NCBI GenBank assembly: GCA_002269645.1
Contig: NIVC01000449.1
Coordinates: forward strand, 124,001 to 188,000
DNA length: 64,000 nucleotides
DNA from: Macrostomum lignano
Taxonomy: Eukaryota
Direction of reading: 5' to 3'
Notes under the pieces: model-generated
Database searches by the model: none
The model's input: the letters and a program-made list of their open reading frames with translations, nothing else
What the model was told of the DNA's origin: nothing
Part shown: positions 1 to 13,199 of the stretch, piece by piece
Layout of the letters: every line of letters starts with the position of its first letter
Position numbering within the stretch: the first letter of the stretch is position 1
Translations under genes and position numbers: made by a program

Positions 1-2420
1 GGCGCCAGTTACCTGCAGCTGGGCTAACATTAATCGTTTTTTTCTATCTCATCTGCGCATTTTTTGTGTGGTAGCTGTTTTAGCTTTTATGCTTGCGTGT
101 GTGTGTGCATATTTCGCAAATAGTGGCATCATTAATAATTTACGAGCTAGGTCTCATTGCGGCCTCTGTCGCCAGGCGCGGCGGGAGAAGAAAGAAGGTG
201 GGCAACACGGGCAAACTCAGATGTTGTTTTAGACGGAGAAGCCTAATGGAGAATAATTACTAGATGATGTAATTATTTAATTGACATACCCTAGGCTGCA
301 TAAAAACACGTATACAACCCCAAGGTTCTGGTGCTGTTAAAGGTATTGTAGCCACCAGGCCTCGTTCCCTAGGACTTTATTGTTCGCCTATCTGCGCGTT
401 GAGTTAATTTTTAGAACGGAGATAATAGTTTACGAATATATTATGAGTCATGACGGAATATATAGATTGTGAGCATTGGGGGAGACCAGGATGACGACGT
501 CGATACCCAAGGGCAGCGCAACAGAGGATTGAAACGGAAGCGACAAGAAAGAATCACAAGAAATGGTGCACGGGAGGCAGGACGGAAGGCACAAGAAGAG
601 AGTGTAACAACTGTAAAACGTGGATCAGTAAGACTAACTACGCAAGACACAGGAAGAAGTGCGCGGAGGAGCCCCATGCAAGGGAAGGACCGAGGACGAA
701 CGACGAAGCGGCGAGAACGATAGCAAGGATCCACAAAAGGAAGAGAGCAGAATGTCGATACTGTAAGAGATGGCTGTCAGCAACCAACATGGCACGGCAC
801 GAGAGAGCATGCGGCGAGTAACAGAAGAAGAGGAAACGTCCGAGACACAGGGTGCCACCTACGCCGGGAGGCGAAAAAAAGGTGGAAGAAGAAGAAGAAG
901 AGAACAGAGGATTGAAGAATGTCTTAACAGACGCGGCCGACGGGCAGGGCTGCTTAATTAGCGTAGTGATCATCGGATGGTCACGGCGGCGACTGCAGTA
1001 CATCACACGGGCGATCGAACTCTCGGATTTTTGTGGGTGTTAGTGGAAGTCGCAAACGATGAGTAAAGGAAAGACTAGTTAGTGGTGCATGGCCATGCTC
1101 AATGAGAAATCATGATCCAAATGTCTCTGCATTGTGCAACTTATATAAAGACAGTCTCAGCGACTGTCTGGAACAGCTAAGTCGCCGCCGTGAGCATCCG
1201 ACAACCACCGCGCCAATAAGCAGCCCTGCCCGTCGGCCGCGTTAAGATATTCTTCCTCTGCTGCCCTGCCCTTGGGTATTGTCGTCAGCCTGGTCTCCTT
1301 CATTGCTCACCATTTAATATTCCGTCTTAACCCAAATTACCCTGGTACCTACATGTACTTTGGTCTTCTGCACGTTCGGCGCGCGTGTCCGCTGCCACCG
1401 TCGGACTACGAGTATCCGCCGCATGATCGAGGAAGGCGCGCATCCACGTGCAGGCAGTTTGTCACGCAGGCAATTGTCGTGCATGCAGCAGGCAGTTTGT
1501 GCGCATGCAGGCAATAATAATTGTTGTCGTGCTATCTCTATTGAAATACAGGGTGGCCCACGTAACGCGCCTGATTTAAAGCGTTAATTAAATAACTTTT
1601 TTCATTCGCTACCAATGTTGACAAATTTTTAACACAACGTTGCCAGCTCTTGCTGTGCAAACTCTAGGCTATTCTCCAAATCCTCCTCGTGCAACGCCTG
1701 CACCACCTGCATCTAAAGCCGTGCAGGATGCGCTGGACGGTGCTACGGCTTTAATTCTCAGGCGCGTTGTACGTGGGCTACCCTGTACATGTATATAGAA
1801 CCGATCGATATTTTGATGAGGACCCACCTTTTTTCAATCTTAGAACCGCACTTTTTGCTTCGATGCGCTTTTCCCCTACTGTCAGTAGGCTAGTTTGGGA
1901 ATTTCTCTCTGTTCTCTCACCTAGGCTAAGTTCTATACTAATTTATAACATTTATAATTAATTTGTAACTATTAATTATCTTATATACTCAATGTACTTA
2001 CCTTAGGATTCCAATTTTGGATTGTTTACGCATCTTTGAAGGTCAGACTGTCTGGGTTAGAGACGGATTGACCTCTAACAGTCTAGACAGGCGACACTAC
2101 CAGGTAAGTCTGGGAGGAATGTTTTCAACCCCATTCTGACCCCAGATTTGCGGCTTTTTCACTGTTTTCAGTGATTTATGGCGGTCTAGCTGTCACTTTT
2201 GGCTTCAGCCTGTCTGGGTCAAAGAGGTCTTTCCAGCTTTTTCCCCACTCGCTCTGTTACTTTCTCCTTTGATTTATGGGCGTTTTGCTGTCACTTTTGG
2301 CGCCAGGGTATCTAGACAAGGGACTTTTATTGCGTTTTGCTCATGATTTATGACCGCACCTGTCAACTTTCCTGGGGTCTGAAGGCCACCTGGCAGGGTG
2401 GGTTTTGGGGTTTTGAGCTC

Positions 2421-2554
2421 AGCCAATCAGAGTCGACCTGACTGCCCTCGGCTCGACCAATCAGAAAATTCGGCGCTTATTTCAACAAAAGATCTTAGCC
2501 AATCAAAAAATTCGGCGTGCGTTATAACAAATCGGCCGCGTGAGAGCTATAAAA
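2421..2554 (+). promoter_or_regulatory. CCAAT x3 + TATA core-promoter-like module with no identifiable downstream gene (possibly an LTR U3)
   Basis: AGCCAATCAG 2421-2430, GACCAATCAG 2455-2464, AGCCAATCA 2497-2505; the last two are each followed by AAATTCGGCG. TATAAAA at 2548-2554. Confidence 0.4.
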
Positions 2555-5529
2555 CGCGGCAACTCGAACCGCGCTCGAAATAACGGGTAGTTGTCCCTAC
2601 CTTGGCCTTGGCCAGACCTGCCGACCTGATCCCCTTCGGCTTCTGCAGCGTCTTCGACGTCTGATCCCCCTTCCCCCGGCAGTTTCGGCTTCACCAGCTA
2701 AGTTCCCTTGAGAGGTTTCACCAGTACTTCTCGGCCGTGAACAAAGGGCAGCAACGACAACCGGCAGGTGAAGAGTACCGGCGGCACTCGTCAGTCAAGA
2801 TCAGCAGCATCCCGTCTGAGCGTTTCGGTCTCTGTGGAATCCTTGGCTACCGGCAGATAGGTCATCTGATTGGTTGGGTGAGAGGCTTTCTTGACCTGCT
2901 AAACTGGGTGCGCCCCTTGTCTGACCCCTTCCTAGGTAGTCTGATAGGATTTGCACTTTTACTTACTTGCTTTTGTGTGCCAATCTCGAGGCAGAAGTGT
3001 CAGTAAATATTAAAAGTAGCCATTCGCTCTAACTCAATCTAAAGTGTCAAGGATTGCGGATTAAATGAGAAAGTTTAATCTAAAAGTTAAAGATTTAATA
3101 TTTTCTTTCTTTTCCGCAATGCCAGCTGAGATGAGCAGCTAGATCTAGGGGCAGGGGTCACAGTGGACCGGAAGCGGCGCAGTTCCCAGTCAATCAGTCG
3201 ATCTAAGAAAACATGATAAAGCATGCAAATTAAGTGCCAGACTGGTGCTTTCGCGCGGTCTCAGGCAGCTAAGCGGCTAAAGTAAGTTAAATATTAGTCT
3301 AAAGATCTCCGAAAGTGACAATACATCTACATCATCGCTATCTGGCGACGTGTTAAATTAGTGCCAAAAGCGTGCAGTCACGTGTACTGATACATGTACT
3401 TCTGGGAATTTGGTAATGAAATAGTACATTTAGTAGTGTATAGAGGCTCGCCAGCGCAAGAATCCCCTGCAAAAGTCCTCTCTGTCCCTGCATGGCCAAT
3501 GCGATCTTAGTCCCAGCAGCGTCCCTTCTATTCGGCTATGACTTCGAGATTTAGACAGCTAAAAGACACTAGGTGGCAGGAAAGTGCAGTGTCCCTCTAG
3601 TCGGAAGTCCGATTTCGATAGCTCCGGTTTGGTGAGCCAGGGCGCACGGACTGGTGGCAGCGGGTTAGTTAATCTGCGGATTAGCTAATCTCTTACCTTT
3701 CAAATTCTCCCTGCTTGTCTCTCGCTGTCTCCTCTTTAGCTATAGGACCTTGCTGCTCGCCCACAATCTAGCTAACATGGGGCTGACCATCTGACAGAAG
3801 TGAGAGGCCAGAGTTCTAAGTGATTCATTTCTGAGTTCTGAGGCCCGAAGCTATAGGCTTAAAAGGCCGAACCCATCAATTTCATTCATTAATTGGCTGT
3901 TGCTGCTAAAAGTACTTTTCAGCATTTTTCTAAAGTCCGATAAGCGTTGTTGATATATGCAGGGTATGTAGATGAAAAATAATCACATATGTTTTTATAA
4001 TTACCGCCGTGTACTGTGCGACATCAATAAAAGCTGCAGAAAATCTGTTTTTGTATGCCTCATGTAAATTATCTAGAATTATTGTTAAAATATTCATGCA
4101 CATACGTATTATTCTAGCTTCATTCCTCCGGAGGGCCAAAGTCAGATTTGTCAGAAAAAATGTGTCAGACTTTACATGCAATGTACATGTTAATACAACA
4201 TTAATCCATCATTCCTTTTTAATTTTTATCTCATCTATGCATTGTTTGCGAATGATGACCACATAATTGGGCCGTTTTAGTCTATACTCGTGTGTACATT
4301 TGTGTGTTTATATGATCTCGGCCGATAAAGTGTGTGTACCATGAACACAAACGCTGCGTGTTCAAATTTAAAATCTTATTTATTGTAAACGAAATCATTT
4401 CAAACAAATATTCTTTTGGATTTAGGATTCAATTTTACAGTATTGCAATAAGTTTATTACAATAATATAATAAAACTTTAATATTTTAATAGTATACGTA
4501 CAAAAGCATACTGTATTTCTAACTCTGGCACCAATACGAATTGAAAGAAATGGCGCAAAAAATGGTAATCGTAAGTTGTCGTCAGACTTACTTGAAAGTT
4601 GAAAATTGTTCAACAAGACGCTTCCTAGCTCTCGCTACATCTGTATACTCTAAGCTAAATTGAAGTATTATAGCTGAATTTTGTCTGAGGCCTATATCGA
4701 ACAAAATACTTGCTTGGTATCCGCCATGCAGTTAATATTTAATTTATTAATAGTTTTGATCATGGCCATGGTCTTCATAACTTTCAGTTAACTAGGGCTA
4801 GGGCTAGGTTAAATTTGAAATTATGTAATATTAAGAAGCGCAGCTGCAGCCGAAGGTCTATTTCCTAGGCTAGTGTCTTAAAGGTGCTTATTATAGTAAC
4901 CATGAATTTTAGCATAATTGGGACCTACTCTTTCCAATAACAAGCAAAGAACTGAGAATAGATTAAATAAAAATTGCAATGTTATTCACTTATTCTGTAG
5001 CCCTAATGGCTAGGCCTACTACAACCTGTCAGTAAATAATTAGGCCTATGACTTTTTCTGTTTGACTTCTGTTTGACTTCTATTCTAGTCAATCCGGCAA
5101 CAAGAGAATCTAGTGACAAACAATCTGGTGATAGTCAAATTGGCAATAGACAATCTGGTGAGAGATTTTGTAGTATAGATTGTACAGATTTTAGATGCAA
5201 ACAAAACTTAACATGAACTATAGTTTTTAAATTTCACATGTAAAGAATTCACTTTAGGACAAATAGGCAGTAGGCAGTTGTTATTTGTCTAGTGACTGGA
5301 TAATGACCATGCTTTCCTATTCATCTGGTTAATACCGGACAAATAGGCATTTTGTTATTTGCCCAATTAAATTGATAATGCTAAAATATCTATTTCATAG
5401 AAACTACAAAGATAAATATTCCTAGACTTCAAAGACTTCTTACTTGTATCTTGACTTGATTATTATGTTATGTTGTTATACTAGTGTGTGTCTTATATAC
5501 CAAATTATGCCAAATTGAATGCATTGCTT

Positions 5530-5795
5530 TGCTTACACTCATACATGCATAACAGTATCTAGTTGACCAATTTGGCAGCCAACCAAGTAAGTTGCAAAAA
5601 TGCCCACCCAAAAAAACACCAAGTAGTAGTACTAAGTAGCTGATGAGGCATTTTTGCTTTATAAGACAGTCACAGTTACTCCTGCCATTTACCAAAAGTT
5701 GCATTAGTTTTGCTTTTGGGTTTTTTTACATGTAAGTCACATTTTTGTTAAAGCTAAGTCACATAGCCGACCAAATTTTGGAGGTTGTGCATATA
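5530..5795 (-). repeat. Unclassified dispersed repeat, copy 1 (inverted relative to copies at ~15.2 kb and ~17.6 kb)
   Basis: Reverse complement contains GCACAACCTCCAAAAT..GGTAAATGGCAGGAGTAACT..GGCATTTTTGCAACTTAC..TTGGTTGGCTGCCAAA, matching 17625-17920 and 15240-15520. Ends approximate. Confidence 0.7.
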
Positions 5796-6114
5796 GGCCT
5801 ATGCTTACACTAGTATACAAGAAAATATTAATCAGTATATGACATATGAGCCAATGTGAGAATCATGTATCCGTGTACGCCAGACCAAATTTGGGCATCA
5901 AGGACTTTGTATGTCAAGTACGCCAAAAACAAAATGTTACATAAAAATATACACCAAAAATTCCTAAAAAGTAATACGGTTTTCACAAGTAGAGTTTTTT
6001 AAGAAAGGCTTTGTATAAAAAGTGTTTTTAAAATATTACAAATACAAATATTTTAAATTTACACAAACTTAAATTATACCTACAAAAACTATGATGCAAA
6101 ATTCATACTCTTAG

Positions 6115-9100
6115 TAGGGGTTCCAATGAGCTTCGTACAATGTGTCCCAAAAACGAAAAAACGTACAACTGTGTGTTATGCAAATTGGATCAAAGAGGCA
6201 CTAAATAATATAAGTAAGTAAATCCAAAATATACGTCTGAAAGTATAGAAAAAATACTTTCCAATGAGTATTGAAACAATGTGTAATATGCCTTACAAAA
6301 GAAGTTACAGGCACCGAAAGTTGAAGCAAAAAACAAAAAAAACAGAAATGTGTCCTTCGTGAAAAATAGGGGTATGAAATACAAATCGAAATTTGAGCTT
6401 TTAGAAGAATGAATATAACAAAATGACCATTGACTATATACAATAAATGATCTAAAAGACGAATTTTGGGGAAATTGGGATGAAATTTTTTTTAATGCCC
6501 TTATACAGACAATGTAAAATTTTATTTTTTTTTTCATTGCGTTATTAAAAGAGCTACCTGGAAAAGCCGTTGGATTTCATAAATAGGGGCTTCAAATTAC
6601 CAAAAGCAAAAAACCGCATCTCCTTAGCATCTTCCGCAAGGAAGATATAAATTTTCCATCAATACATGTAAATCGTCATTGCCAAATGAAAAATCTGCCG
6701 CAGTCAAAGGAATGATGCAGCTGCAAGGATTTTATAGCTTTTTTGTATACATCATGCAATTCTAAATGACTGGAAGAGAGACATTTTCAAGGAGAGTTTT
6801 CCGCAAGGTCAAAAAATTATATTTTGTTGTGGTATATTTGTGTCTACTTATAGTAGACGAATGGAATTTAGCAACTATTTTTCAGATGAAAAACAAAAAA
6901 TTCGAATTTTCTGCTCACATTGCACACTATTTTTGAGACGTGATGAGGGCAATACAGTCGTGGATGCAAATTCTTCATTTATGTTGTATGGGGGTCAACA
7001 ATGGAGGCTTCCGTTGGAAAGTTGTTGGATTTTTTGACCCCAGCACAAGACGATGTCCCAACAAGCAATCCTTGGCATTCACCTGGTCAGCGACGCCAAC
7101 TCCGTTTAATGTGTTATTTAGTACATGTACAAGCACAATAAATTTCATTTTCAAAATCATTATTGGAAGAAAAAAAATTAATCAATAAAGAACATTTCAG
7201 GTGCTTGGACACACTATCAATACACAATAGTACTTGTATGCTTGCCTTTTATTATAATGTATATTATGCATGTAAATTTGCCTTACTTTTATACTTATAG
7301 TAACATTACTTTTAAATATATTAAACAATTTTGTGCTTAATACAAACAATTAACCTTTTATCTGCCTTATTTAAGAATATAGTAAAAATATTTGTTTAAA
7401 TTCATATGCCATATTGGCAAAATTCACAATATAACTTTTGACAGAAAGAATCCAATGCCAATGAGTGGAAAAAGAATGGTAAAAAAATATAGCCCCGCAA
7501 TTGGGCGCATGGTGCATGTACCTGTACAATTTCTGCATTCACACTTACAATGTCAGTGAGTGAAATTGGCACAGGATAATGAGATGTATGTGTTGTGAGC
7601 AGCGCTCACAATGTCTGGCGGCCTCCCATGCCCTCACCTACCCCACCAGTCTGTATTTAAGGCTGCGCCCGGCGGTGAAGTGGCTACTCGTAACTACAAC
7701 ATATGTACAAAACACATGTGAAGTGAAGCAGCAATTATATGTAGTCTACTCGACTGAACAGTCTATAAGTAAGCTGCTGCTTACTCGTCCTCGTCAGACA
7801 GCAGATGGAGCTCACCAGCCAGATAGTCTTTGAACAAGTCATACTCTAATGACTCACTTGGAAATTCGTCAAAAACGACCATGAAGCGCTGGTCGAGAAC
7901 GTCTCTGCTGTGTGAGGCTGTTGGAAGCTGACGAACAACAACCCCTTCCTCCCACTCTTCGCCATCTGCGTAGGCAAATAGCATCTCGATTCGATGCCCC
8001 ACCAACTCTGGCAGGTTGCTAAGGCTTGGCGCGGAGTCGTGGAGATCATCATTGGCTTCAGCCTCTTGGGGGCTTGCTGTTCGCTTGTGCCCGCGGCTGC
8101 CTGTTGGAACTGCACCTGAGGGACCGGCACCTGACCGACTGGCACTTGAGCGCCCGGCACTTGCGCGCCCGGCACCTCTGCGACTGGCGCCACTGCCACC
8201 ACGAGCACCTCGCCCAGTTGCAGTTGGACGAGTTGCTGCTGTGCGTCTCTGCTCGGGGCCGCGCAGCTTATTGTCAATGGCTTGACGAACGAGTTCCACT
8301 CGATCATCAGGCAGTCGCAATGCTGCAGTCACCTGCTCCGAACTAAGACTTGCGGTCTCGGATGCCACATGGAACGACGTCGAATCTTGCTGCTGCAGCA
8401 GCTCCAGGAGGTCAGTCAGCTGACTGCGCAGCTGTGGCACACTTTTCCGGACGCCAGCCGCAGTGAAATTCAGGATGCCGGCCTTGTCCTTCGGCAGGAC
8501 GACCTCTAATGGTACACAGGGTTTTAAGGCAAAATACTTAGTAGTCATTGAATGTGAGCGACGATCACAGAGTATATCAAGTGCATTCATTATTTACTCA
8601 CTCATCGCCTTGTGGAGCCGCAGCTGCGACTTAAGCGCATCCTCGTGACGGTCCAGCGACAGTTCAGCCAGGGCTGCATCCATCTGAAGCTCGGTGTGCC
8701 ACAGACCGCCGCAGAAGTCGACCTCCTGAAGCCGCAACCGGATAGTCGATGCCTTGGACGCCTCCTTGCGCTGCTTCTCATCCAGCTTTCCTTGGAGAAG
8801 AGCCTGGCGGCGCCTTTTCAGCTCCATGGCATTCTCTCGCCAGCGACGCTCCAGAATCGGTGCAAATTTGCGCGCCCAGGACATGATGAGGTCGCGCTCG
8901 CGCCGGTGTTTGGAACGTAGCCACTCGGAGGTGCAATTTTGGCCAAAAAGCACAGATGACTCGCGAGCTAGCGGACGCATGTGCGCCTTGTCGACAACAT
9001 TCTTGTCCAGGACGGCGAACATTCGCTCTCCAGGGACATTGTCCTTGGGCGCTGATGCCGCCAGTGCTGCATCTTTTGCTGACAGCTGACGCAAGCAGCC

Positions 9101-12100
9101 TCCGGGCAAATGATCGCGAACCTCTCTCTCAAGGACAATGACCATGTGGGCAGAAAGAATCTGGGGTAGAATGTTGGCAAACAACTTATTAATCTGTGTC
9201 AGCAAATGTAAATGGATTGACACAAACATTTTTATTTGTAGGAGTTATAATTTCTTACCTGCAGGAACTGGCCAACGACTTCAGTGTCCAGGGCGGCAAT
9301 GTCCTCACTGGTCAGGGCTGTCCAGACGTCGCCGGCGACCCGAAGGACGGACTCTGTCAGCTCTGGGAAGGGGCCCTGCAGATCGGCAGTCACTACGACA
9401 GACTGGGCGGCGGCGATGCCCCGAAGCCAGCTGCACGCACGCTCGTAGTAGCCGTTCATGTCAAGCAACGACACGGTTCGGGTGCGGAGCAGCAGCCACA
9501 GCGGCCTGATCAGAATGCAGTCCAGGATGCCAAGTGCACGGCAGCCACTCAGAAGCACTTCCGCTGATAAATCCGCGTGGACGGCTGCCAGAAGGCGGTT
9601 GCTGCCTGGATACTGATCCAGGAAATCAGTGAGCAGCGCCCTCTGCACGAAAAGGCTACCGCCGTTGGGGAACAGCACGTAGGCCCGGTTGCCACAGAAA
9701 TCCTCCATTTGGAATCCCGGCGAACCCTTGGACTGCAGAAAAGTCTCAAAGGCCACAGCGACGCCGCACTGCTCGCTGCCCTGCGAACATAAATGAGAAG
9801 CGACAGAAATAAAATTAATAAAGAGAGCTGCAGAAAAGTGGGACGGGGAAAGAAAAAATATTTAGAGAGAGAGAGAGAGGGGGGGGGGAGGCATGGATAC
9901 GAAGATAGGAGGGTGAGAAGCAGTGAGTAATCAATCATACCTGATGGTGGAAGGCCTTGCAGAGAGTTCGAATCAGTCGCTGTGTCCCGGATTCAGCTTT
10001 TGAAGGCCGGAAGCCAGGAAGGGAGGCAGCTCCAACTGACACATCGCAGAGACACTGTTCGGCTTGCTTTAGACCGCTCTCGCCTGCAGCCGCCAAGTTA
10101 ACCAGAACATGCGGGTGGCACAGCCAGGCCTCGCTGCATGGCGATCTCTGTGCGCATCTCATTGAAGAGGAACTAAGGGATCCAAATGGGGGGATATGAA
10201 CGGAACAGGTCATAAGTGCACATGTCATAATGCGTCTCAGTGAAGTAAAAACTAAAACAAACAGTTCTTACTGCAAGGGACTTGTTCACGACGTGACGAT
10301 CGGTCATCATGAAGTTGACGCGAAGAATCAAATTGGCCTTCATTTGGCGCTTGGCCTCCTCGCTGGAGTCCGCGTCGGCAAGTGTCAGAGCGCAGAATGC
10401 GTCAACCACCTCATCTATGGACGCATCCATCTCACGAGCGTATGTTGCCGCGGTGCCCCCTTCGACCTCGCGCAGGGATAGGGCAACCTGCCGGCTGTCT
10501 CCAGTGTCAATCTGAAGGAGAGAAGAGTAATTTAAAAGATGGGATGAAGAGCTTCGTTGCAAAGCTGTGATTTGCTTGACTGACTTTTTCTGTTTTAAAA
10601 TGTACCACTCATAAAATTTTCTTTAACTGACCTGGTACTCTGCGTAATGGCGCCCCTTCTTGCTGGTTCCATCCGTCATGATGGTCAGAGGACCAGCCTC
10701 ACTCGATGCCTTCTGGAGTCTCTCCATAGCGCTTGTCTTGGACAGGCAGTTGCCGATGCTGTAGGCCAAACTGCTGACGAGGGAGGTACTCGGCAGGTGC
10801 AGACGATCGACACCCTTGTACCGCAACATACCTGCCAGCACGCTTCGAATGCAGTCAGAAGCATGCTGAACGGGCACGTGATGATCAAGCACCAGCTCGA
10901 CGATGGTACCAATGACAGAATTCGTGAACTGAACTCCGCCCTTTCCAGCATTCCGAGTCTGAACTGTGTACAGCAGATCGGGAGCTGCACAACGCTGCAG
11001 ATGCTCGTTGGCACAGTCCAATTTGAGGTGGGCATCGGAGAGCTCGATGCGCAGCTTCCTCGCCTTGGACACCGCGCTGGCTGCACGGTTCTGAAGCCTG
11101 AGGTCAGATGTCGCCATGCTCCGCTCTATCTTGGCCTTGTGCTTGGCCTTGGAACGCCTCTTAAAGCTCTTCAGGGCCTGGCGAGCGGTGGTGCGTTGTT
11201 CAACCAGCTGTCGAACCCGCTGCTTCCACCGCTTGATGGGCGGCCGCCTTGCCAGCTGTTGGTGCAGCCTAACGATGAGAGCTGCCTGTATCTCAACCTG
11301 GCGCCTTAAGTCGGCCTCTGTGGCCCGAACTTCCGCCAGCGCATCGAGGACTCCAATGTGCTCCGCAGCAGACACACTTGGTCTTGAACTTGGTGTGCGT
11401 GGAGTGGTTGGCTGCAGTGGTCGCAGAGGGAGCTCCTGTGCAAGGGCATGTGGCGGGGCAGGAGTAGAGGATGCCTGCAGTTCCCCCAGTGGCCGCAGAT
11501 GGAGCTCTTGAGCAAGGAACTGCTCATACTTCGACTGGCCTGACGAAGCCAGCTCTCTTTTGTGGCTGCGCTGCCGCTCAGTAGCCTCCTGTCGAAGCCG
11601 GCTGATCTTAATATGCAGTGACTTGGCTTGTGTGGGTGTCAGATAGTCTGCAGGCAAGCCCATGTGCGACAAGATGCACTGCACTGCATCTGTGCCTTTC
11701 AACTTGCTGCTGATTTGAAGCACCTGCCCAATCATCATGGGGCTGGGCTTAACTGCATTGGTAGAGCTGGCACTGGGATTTGACTCAGAGCCAGCCCCCT
11801 GGCCCTGGGCCTGGGGAATGTTGCCAGAACAGCTCATGAAGCTGTGAAGCTATGAAGCTATATCAATTAATATGAACAGGAGATCAGGACAGGATGGCCC
11901 ACATGTGCTGCAACTGTAAAGTTTTGTTGGTAAAGTTTGGTAAAGTTTGGTGAAAGCAACATAGCCAATTATGAATTATTAATATTATTAGCCCAAGCCT
12001 AATGTTGGCATAGCTTGTCTGAAAGAAACTAACTTTTTTAAGAACCTTATAATAATTCATAAGTGCCAAATACACAAAAAATGAATAAACAAACTAGCAA

Positions 12101-12454
12101 TAATACAAATATAGCAAGAAGCAGTAATGGTCACTATGATTTTTGGCTCACTTGGCTGACTTCAACTAGGTGAACAAGACAATATCATAAGCAGATTAAG
12201 AGAAGCTTAAAGAGATAATAAAGTATGAAAAGAATGCAAAAATTGTGTTTTTTTCGCAAAGAAGGTCACAAATTGTAATACAAAAGTGCAATAGGAAATT
12301 GCGAAAAAAAACCCACTAAATGTGGCATAACTTTTTTATTCCTTTGCCAAATCTAAAATGTGAGGCCATTTTGGATTTTGGTCACAAAGATCTATCCAAC
12401 AATGAAAAAAAAACTATAAAAAATAAAACTTCAAAAACCTCATTGGAACCCCTA
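6115..12454 (-). mobile_element. Full-length hAT-superfamily DNA transposon (hATw-like, 7-bp TSD)
   Basis: Perfect 16-bp TIRs TAGGGGTTCCAATGAG (6115-6130) and CTCATTGGAACCCCTA (12439-12454), flanked by direct repeat CTCTTAG (6108-6114, 12455-12461). Encloses a spliced DDE transposase. Confidence 0.9.
7781..11837 (-). CDS. Spliced DDE transposase (~1160 aa) with C-terminal Spin/Ssty(Tudor)-like domain; predicted exons 11837-10632, 10511-10272, 10147-9941, 9780-9259, 9193-8602, 8505-7781
   Basis: Motifs IMTDGTSK (D), MMTDRHVVN (D), WLCHPH (CxxH), DNVPGERMF (E). GT-AG junctions join the six ORF segments in frame. The exon-3 acceptor is uncertain: the upstream alternative near 10172 would require a frameshift. 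Confidence 0.8.
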
Positions 12455-13199
12455 CTCTTAGCAAAAATTTATACTAATTTTATTTATTGTTAATTTCAAA
12501 AAAAGCAAAAATTTTATCACTGACGATACAAATCTATTACTTTACATAAAAATGTTAATTTACATTACAATTTTCATGCATGGCATGAATTTATTTACCA
12601 AAATATGTACGCCAAAAAAGTATGCATGGCTGTGTTAATTGTGTACGCCAATAGTGTATACCAACAAAGTTTGCCAGGGGTTGTTGTAGAAAAGTTAATG
12701 CCGCGATATGGTGCTAGGCAGGCATGAAGAATAACTCAAGGGCCGCTTGCACTTAGCAGGGCCGGCTTATATTTGGCTATGACTAATTGCGTAATATGAG
12801 CTAAATCAATTATTGAAGTGAGTGGTTGGCTGTACGTACTTGTATGGGGCAGTGATAGCGCTGGACCAAGTGAGCGAGGGAGAGAGAGAGGGAGGCAGAT
12901 GTACACTGCCCCACATTTCTCCCCAAACAGAAAAGAAACGCAGTTTCTGCTTGAACGACAAAAGAGAAATTCGAAAAATTGCAATGCCGAAGTAAGTACG
13001 AGCGAAAAAAAGCTGTGGATAGTAAAAATGCAGCAAACACATAGTATTACAAAATGCGCGAATATTAGTCTTGGGACGCATTGAGACAAAAAAAGATATT
13101 CGTAATGGGGACATTAAAACAAAAATATTGAACTGACTACGAATTCGCAAAGAAAAACGATTGGCAGCGGCGACAGTTAATGATATTAGACAGTCAGTT

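Noticed and set aside
441-1043. K/R/E-rich ORFs on both strands
   Set aside because: Purine-rich low-complexity sequence with no recognisable domain or consistent frame.
1038-1353. TG...CA-bounded segment with TATATAAA, possible solo LTR
   Set aside because: No matching TSD, partner LTR, convincing PBS or PPT.
3930-4266. Scattered Cys pairs resembling a decayed PHD finger
   Set aside because: Motif spacing not reconstructable; too weak.
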